NCBI GenBank assembly: GCA_046598365.1
Contig: JBKJIV010000078.1
Location: forward strand, 6,493 to 70,492
DNA from: Polaromonas sp.
Lineage (GTDB): Bacteria > Pseudomonadota > Gammaproteobacteria > Burkholderiales > Burkholderiaceae_C
Direction of reading: 5' to 3'
Length of the DNA: 64,000 nucleotides
Shown here: positions 59,653 to 64,000 of the stretch, one piece after another
Position numbering within the stretch: position 1 is the first letter of the stretch
How the letters are laid out: each line of letters begins with the position of its first letter
Notes under the pieces: generated by a model
Told to the model about the DNA's origin: nothing
Seen by the model: the letters and a program-made list of their open reading frames with translations, nothing else
Database searches by the model: none
Position numbers and translations under genes: made by a program

Positions 59653-59798
59653 GGTCCTTCGGGCGTCGCTGTAAGAAAAAACAAGTTTTTCCTTTACGGC
59701 GAAGACGAGTTGCTATGCTACTAATGGCATTTTGTTCAAAATCCACCCAGCCGGACACGGTCCCCGAACTGCGGGCAGGTGCGGTATTCTTTTGACCT

Positions 59799-61628
59799 AT
59801 GCCTCAAAGCCGATCCACGCCAAACCACCCCCCGTCTTCAAACCTCAGCTACCGGGTCGAGATTGCCGATCTTCACGCCCACCTGTTTCGCGTCACACTG
59901 ACCATCGCCAAGCCCGCTGCGCTTCAGCAGCTCGCATTGCCGGTGTGGATTCCGGGCAGCTATTTGGTGCGCGAGTTTTCCAAGAACCTGCAGGGCTTGC
60001 GTGCAAAGCAGGGATCGCGGTCCCTACCGACCAGTCAGATCTCGCAGCTCGATAAATGCAGCTGGGAGATTCGTTGCGTGGCGGGCAAGCCCCTGGTAGT
60101 GACTTACGAGGTCTACGCCAACGACAACTCGGTACGCACAGCATGGCTGGACGGCCATCGGGGTTTCTTCAACGGTAGCTCGCTGTGCTTGCAGGTCGAG
60201 GGCCAGAGCCACACCGCACACCGGCTTGAAATTGAGTCGTCGCCATCTATCTCAACCTGGGCGGTGGCCACTGGCTTGAGCCCGCTAAAGATCACCAAAC
60301 AGGGTTTTGGCAGCTACCTTGCTGCCAACTACGACGAACTGGTTGACTGTCCCGTCGAAATGGGGACCTTCTGGAGTGGCGCTTTTGTGGCCTGCGGTAT
60401 ACCCCACCGGTTTGTGGTGGCTGGTGCTCCGGCGAGTTTTGACGGGGTTCGGCTGATGGCTGACAGTCAGAAAATTTGTGAATCGCAAATCCGCTTTTGG
60501 CATGGCGGTAAAAAACCACCGCACAAGAACTACCTGTTCATGCTCAACGCCGTGGACGACGGCTATGGCGGGCTGGAGCACCGCAACTCCACCGCGCTGA
60601 TCTGCACGCGCAAGGACCTGCCGCGCGTTGGCGACAGCAAAACGTCTGAGGGCTACACCACCCTAAGGGGACTGATCAGCCACGAATACTTTCACACCTG
60701 GAACGTCAAGCGACTGCGCCCTGCAGAGTTTGCTCAATACAGCTATGGCAGCGAGAACTACACACAGCTACTCTGGTTTTTTGAAGGCTTCACCAGTTAC
60801 TACGACGACCTGTTGCTGCGCCGCGCCGGTTTGCTCGACGACGCGGCGTATGTGAAGCTTTTGAACAAGACGATCAACCAGGTGATGCAGACGCCGGGGC
60901 GGCTGATCCAGTCGCTGGCGCAGGCCAGCTTTGATGCCTGGGTGAAGTACTACCGGCAGGATGAAAATACGCCCAACGCCACCGTCAGCTACTACACCAA
61001 GGGCGCTTTGACGGCCCTGTGTTTTGACCTCAGCCTGCGTGCGGAAAGCAAGGCGGTGTCTCCCGTCACCCTCGACGATGTGATGCGCACCTTGTGGCAG
61101 CGCTGCCGCGGTGGTCCGATGAGCGAGGCAGATTTCGCTGCCGTTTTGCAGGAGATCGGTGGGCGGTCTTACGCCCCGGAAATTGCCAGCTGGGTGCATG
61201 GCACCGGAGAGTTGCCGCTGGAGGAGCTGCTGCAACGTCACGGTGTAGCCGTGCTTCAGGAACCGGCTCAGCCAGCGCAGGCGCTCGGCTTGCGCGTGCA
61301 GGAATCCAATGGCGTGATCATCAAGACGGTCATGCGGGGCGGGCCAGCCGAACGCGCTGGTTTTGCCGCTGGCGACGAATGGCTGGGGGTGGATACGCCC
61401 GCGGCTGGCAAAGGCAAAAAGGCAGGTGCGCCAGCAAGCACCGGCTGGCGCCTGACAAAGCTGGACGACCTGCCTCTGTATGCGGGCGCCAGCAAAAAAG
61501 TCGTGGCACTGGTGGCGCGCGACAAACGCCTGCTGCGTTTGGAACTGGTGATGCCACCCGCCACGACCACTTGGCGTCTCGTGCTCCGGGACACGGCGCT
61601 GGTGAAGAAGTGGCTGGAGGCAGGCTGA
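59799..61628 (+). CDS. M61 family glycyl aminopeptidase with PDZ domain
   Basis: PVWIPGSY, GGLEH, HEYFH, EGFTSYY, C-terminal PDZ (GPAERAG). Confidence 0.92.
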   Translation: MPQSRSTPNHPPSSNLSYRVEIADLHAHLFRVTLTIAKPAALQQLALPVWIPGSYLVREFSKNLQGLRAKQGSRSLPTSQISQLDKCSWEIRCVAGKPLVVTYEVYANDNSVRTAWLDGHRGFFNGSSLCLQVEGQSHTAHRLEIESSPSISTWAVATGLSPLKITKQGFGSYLAANYDELVDCPVEMGTFWSGAFVACGIPHRFVVAGAPASFDGVRLMADSQKICESQIRFWHGGKKPPHKNYLFMLNAVDDGYGGLEHRNSTALICTRKDLPRVGDSKTSEGYTTLRGLISHEYFHTWNVKRLRPAEFAQYSYGSENYTQLLWFFEGFTSYYDDLLLRRAGLLDDAAYVKLLNKTINQVMQTPGRLIQSLAQASFDAWVKYYRQDENTPNATVSYYTKGALTALCFDLSLRAESKAVSPVTLDDVMRTLWQRCRGGPMSEADFAAVLQEIGGRSYAPEIASWVHGTGELPLEELLQRHGVAVLQEPAQPAQALGLRVQESNGVIIKTVMRGGPAERAGFAAGDEWLGVDTPAAGKGKKAGAPASTGWRLTKLDDLPLYAGASKKVVALVARDKRLLRLELVMPPATTTWRLVLRDTALVKKWLEAG

Positions 61629-61635
61629 AGAAGGC

Positions 61636-62139
61636 TCAGCCCGCTGGCATCTGCGCTTCGATCTGGGTCACAAAAAGCTCGGCTTCGGCGCTGCCCTTGA
61701 TCTCGCGAACAATCTCGCGTGCCCGCTTGATGGCGGCGATAAAATCAGGCAAATCGCTTGCCCCCTCAATCTTGATACACAGCGGCTCGGCCGTGGGACC
61801 CAGCATGTGTTCGAGCAAATGAGACGAAAAAAGCTTGGCCTGGGCGAGGTTGGCGGCGCGCGCCACTGCAGGCGCGGCCTCCGGTGAATCGATCGGCTCC
61901 AGCGCCGCCGGCATGGTTTTTTCTTCGACGACCTGCGGCTCCACCAAGCCTTCGTTTTCCAGCTCCGCCAGGCGATCCGCATCGCCCAGTGCGGTGGCAA
62001 TGGTGGTCAGCTCTGCATGGGTGCGTTTGCCATCCACCATGATCAACAGCGAACGCAGCTTGGGCGCCAGACCAGATTGCCGGTTGGCAATGGCCTCCGC
62101 TCCCTTTGGCGTCTTTTGGTAAATCGTTTGCTTGCTCAT
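61636..62139 (-). CDS. Conserved hypothetical protein (winged-helix-like N-terminus)
   Basis: IYQKTPKGAEAI...LRSLLIMVDGKRT...LENEGLV; GGAGAG RBS. Confidence 0.7.
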   Translation of the reverse strand: MSKQTIYQKTPKGAEAIANRQSGLAPKLRSLLIMVDGKRTHAELTTIATALGDADRLAELENEGLVEPQVVEEKTMPAALEPIDSPEAAPAVARAANLAQAKLFSSHLLEHMLGPTAEPLCIKIEGASDLPDFIAAIKRAREIVREIKGSAEAELFVTQIEAQMPAG

Positions 62140-62256
62140 TGTCCCCTCTCCGCCTCAAAGCTTTTTGTAAGACCAGTGTAGGCCCGAAACCAGGCGACGT
62201 CGATAGGGTTGCTACCCGGGAAAATCAGGATGCACAACACTTCCAACCGCTTGTGC

Positions 62257-63549
62257 TCAGCGCCTGCGGTCCAGCACCCGTTTGGCCTTGCCGCCACTGC
62301 GCTCAACGCCACCTTCAGTACGCAGCTCGATCTCGGCGGTGGTGCCGACATAAGCCTTGATCTCATGCTGCAACTGCCGCGCCGCCCCCTGAACTGCAGG
62401 ACTGTCCAGCGCCAGACCGGGCCGGGTTTCCACGGCCACCGTGAGGCAGTCCATCGCGCCTTCGCGCGTCAGGATGCACTGGTAGTGCGGCGCCAACTCT
62501 GGGCGCTTGAGAATCAACTCCTCGATCTGCGTGGGAAACACATTGACGCCGCGCACGATCATCATGTCGTCGCTACGCCCGGTAATTTTCTCCATGCGGC
62601 GCATGGTGCGTGCAGTGCCGGGCAACAACCGGGTCAGGTCGCGGGTGCGGTAGCGGATGATGGGCAAGGCCTCCTTGCTCAGGCTGGTAAACACCAGTTC
62701 ACCCATCTGCCCGTCTTCAAGCAGTGCGCCTGTGTCGGGGTCCACGATCTCGGGATAGAAGTGGTCTTCCCAGACCGTGGGGCCGTCCTTGGTTTCAACA
62801 CACTCGCTGGCAACGCCCGGACCAATGACTTCGCTCAATCCGTAGATATCCACCGCATCAATGCCCATGCGCTGCTCGATCGCACGGCGCATGTCATTGG
62901 TCCACGGCTCGGCGCCGAAGATACCGGTGCGCAGGCTGGAACCGGCAGCATGTAAAGCCTGTTTTTCGAATTCGTCCGCAATCGCCAGCATGTAGCTGGG
63001 GGTCACCATGATGACGTCGGGCTTGAAATCGGCGATCAGTTGGACCTGGCGCTCGGTTTGCCCGCCGCCAAAAGGCACCACCGTCAGGCCCAGTTTTTCC
63101 GCCCCGTAGTGCGCGCCCAGACCGCCGGTAAAAAGTCCGTAGCCATAGCTGATATGCACCAGGTCACCAGGCCGCGCACCCGCCGCGCGTATGCTGCGCG
63201 CCACGCAACCAGACCACATGTCCACGTCGTTTTTTGTGTAAGCCACTACCGTCGGCTTGCCGGTGGTTCCGCTGGATGCATGCAGGCGCACGCACTGCTC
63301 GCGCGGTACGGCCAGCATGCCAAAAGGGTAGCTGTCCCGCAAATCCTGCTTGGTGGTGAAAGGGAATTTTTCCAGATCGGCCAATGATCGGCAATCGTCC
63401 GGATGCGCACCGGCGGCGTCGAACTTGGCCCTGTAAGCCGGAGAGTGGCTATAAGCGTGTCTCAGCGTGGACTGCAGACGCTTGAGCTGCAAGGCGCGCA
63501 GCTCGTCGATACTTGCCTTTTCTATGGGCTCCAGAGGAAACCGCTTCAT
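62257..63549 (-). CDS. paaK: Phenylacetate--CoA ligase
   Basis: HASSGTTGKP, YGYGLFTGGLG, GAEPW, YGLSE, RYRTRD, GRSDDM. Confidence 0.93.
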   Translation of the reverse strand: MKRFPLEPIEKASIDELRALQLKRLQSTLRHAYSHSPAYRAKFDAAGAHPDDCRSLADLEKFPFTTKQDLRDSYPFGMLAVPREQCVRLHASSGTTGKPTVVAYTKNDVDMWSGCVARSIRAAGARPGDLVHISYGYGLFTGGLGAHYGAEKLGLTVVPFGGGQTERQVQLIADFKPDVIMVTPSYMLAIADEFEKQALHAAGSSLRTGIFGAEPWTNDMRRAIEQRMGIDAVDIYGLSEVIGPGVASECVETKDGPTVWEDHFYPEIVDPDTGALLEDGQMGELVFTSLSKEALPIIRYRTRDLTRLLPGTARTMRRMEKITGRSDDMMIVRGVNVFPTQIEELILKRPELAPHYQCILTREGAMDCLTVAVETRPGLALDSPAVQGAARQLQHEIKAYVGTTAEIELRTEGGVERSGGKAKRVLDRRR

Positions 63550-63980
63550 GACAGGTCCGCAATCACGGCGCCCGCGATCTGAGCGCTTTTTCCGCGGAAC
63601 ATCGCAATGATCTCGCCGCGCTGGTTGGTAACTTTCATGTCGTAAATGCCATGCCGACCCTGCAGCATTTGCTCCACGCCCTCGCAACTCAGTACATCAC
63701 CGAGCTGTCCGGGTTTTAGAAATTCGATGCTGCAACCTGCCGCCACCGTTACCTTGTTGCGGCTGTTGCAGGCAAAGGCAAACGTCGAATCAGCCAGCGT
63801 GAAAATCAACCCGCCGTGGCAGATCTTGTGACCATTGAGCATGGCCTCCCGCACGGCCATGCGCATCACGGCTCGCCCAGGCTCGCAGCAGACAAGCTCC
63901 ATCTGCATGAACTCCCGCGAGGCGCTGTCGGCAGCAAACATGGCCTGGCCAACCTGGTGAGCCAATTCGTTGGCGTCCAT
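63546..63980 (-). CDS. paaI: Hydroxyphenylacetyl-CoA thioesterase PaaI
   Basis: NGHKICHGGLIFTLADSTFAFACNS; overlaps the paaK start. Confidence 0.92.
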   Translation of the reverse strand: MDANELAHQVGQAMFAADSASREFMQMELVCCEPGRAVMRMAVREAMLNGHKICHGGLIFTLADSTFAFACNSRNKVTVAAGCSIEFLKPGQLGDVLSCEGVEQMLQGRHGIYDMKVTNQRGEIIAMFRGKSAQIAGAVIADLS

Positions 63981-63982
63981 CG

Positions 63983-64000
63983 TTATGCGCCTTTGAACGC
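63983..64000 (-). CDS. 3' end of an upstream gene, possibly a PaaG-type crotonase (truncated by window)
   Basis: Reads ...AFKGA*, like crotonase C-termini (FxG); paa operon context; only 6 codons visible. Confidence 0.35.
   Translation of the reverse strand, partial: AFKGA

Noticed and set aside
1-64000. rRNA, tRNA, CRISPR array, IS/transposase, prophage or defence island
   Set aside because: None recognised; almost the whole window is covered by assignable genes with short spacers

Overview
A GC-rich betaproteobacterial chromosomal window. Gene content and order (pilGHIJ-chpA, rubredoxin-thiD-hemL, yqgE-yqgF-pyrR-pyrB-pyrC', dusB-fis-purH, paaI-paaK) point to Comamonadaceae, Rhodoferax/Polaromonas-like; this is inference. 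Most of it is housekeeping: pbpC (partial), lldD, dinB, queF, yaaA, the rubrerythrin/Fe-S oxidoreductase/DUF3501 cluster, valS, galU, an Fe3+ ABC permease and ATPase, photolyase, Pil-Chp chemosensory genes, ychF, dsbC and an M61 peptidase. I found no rRNA, tRNA, CRISPR array, transposase or prophage. The best candidate for an undescribed system is at 3.6-10.1 kb. It comprises a divergent cytochrome c, a DUF3034-like outer-membrane barrel, an exported truncated haemoglobin lacking TyrB10, a type-1 copper protein, a SigK-like ECF sigma with the sigma-4 cysteine pair, an RskA-like anti-sigma, a lipoprotein LOG hydrolase and a CxxC TPR protein. Two of these genes share a TGNATCC-N16/17-CGT promoter motif. 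Other observations: a 68-bp dispersed repeat that is translated as the QueF N-terminus, an OxyR-spaced box plus a Fur-like box at rubrerythrin, many apparently leaderless genes, several pseudo-enzymes, and a rubredoxin missing from the ORF track. All family assignments come from motif recognition, not database searches.
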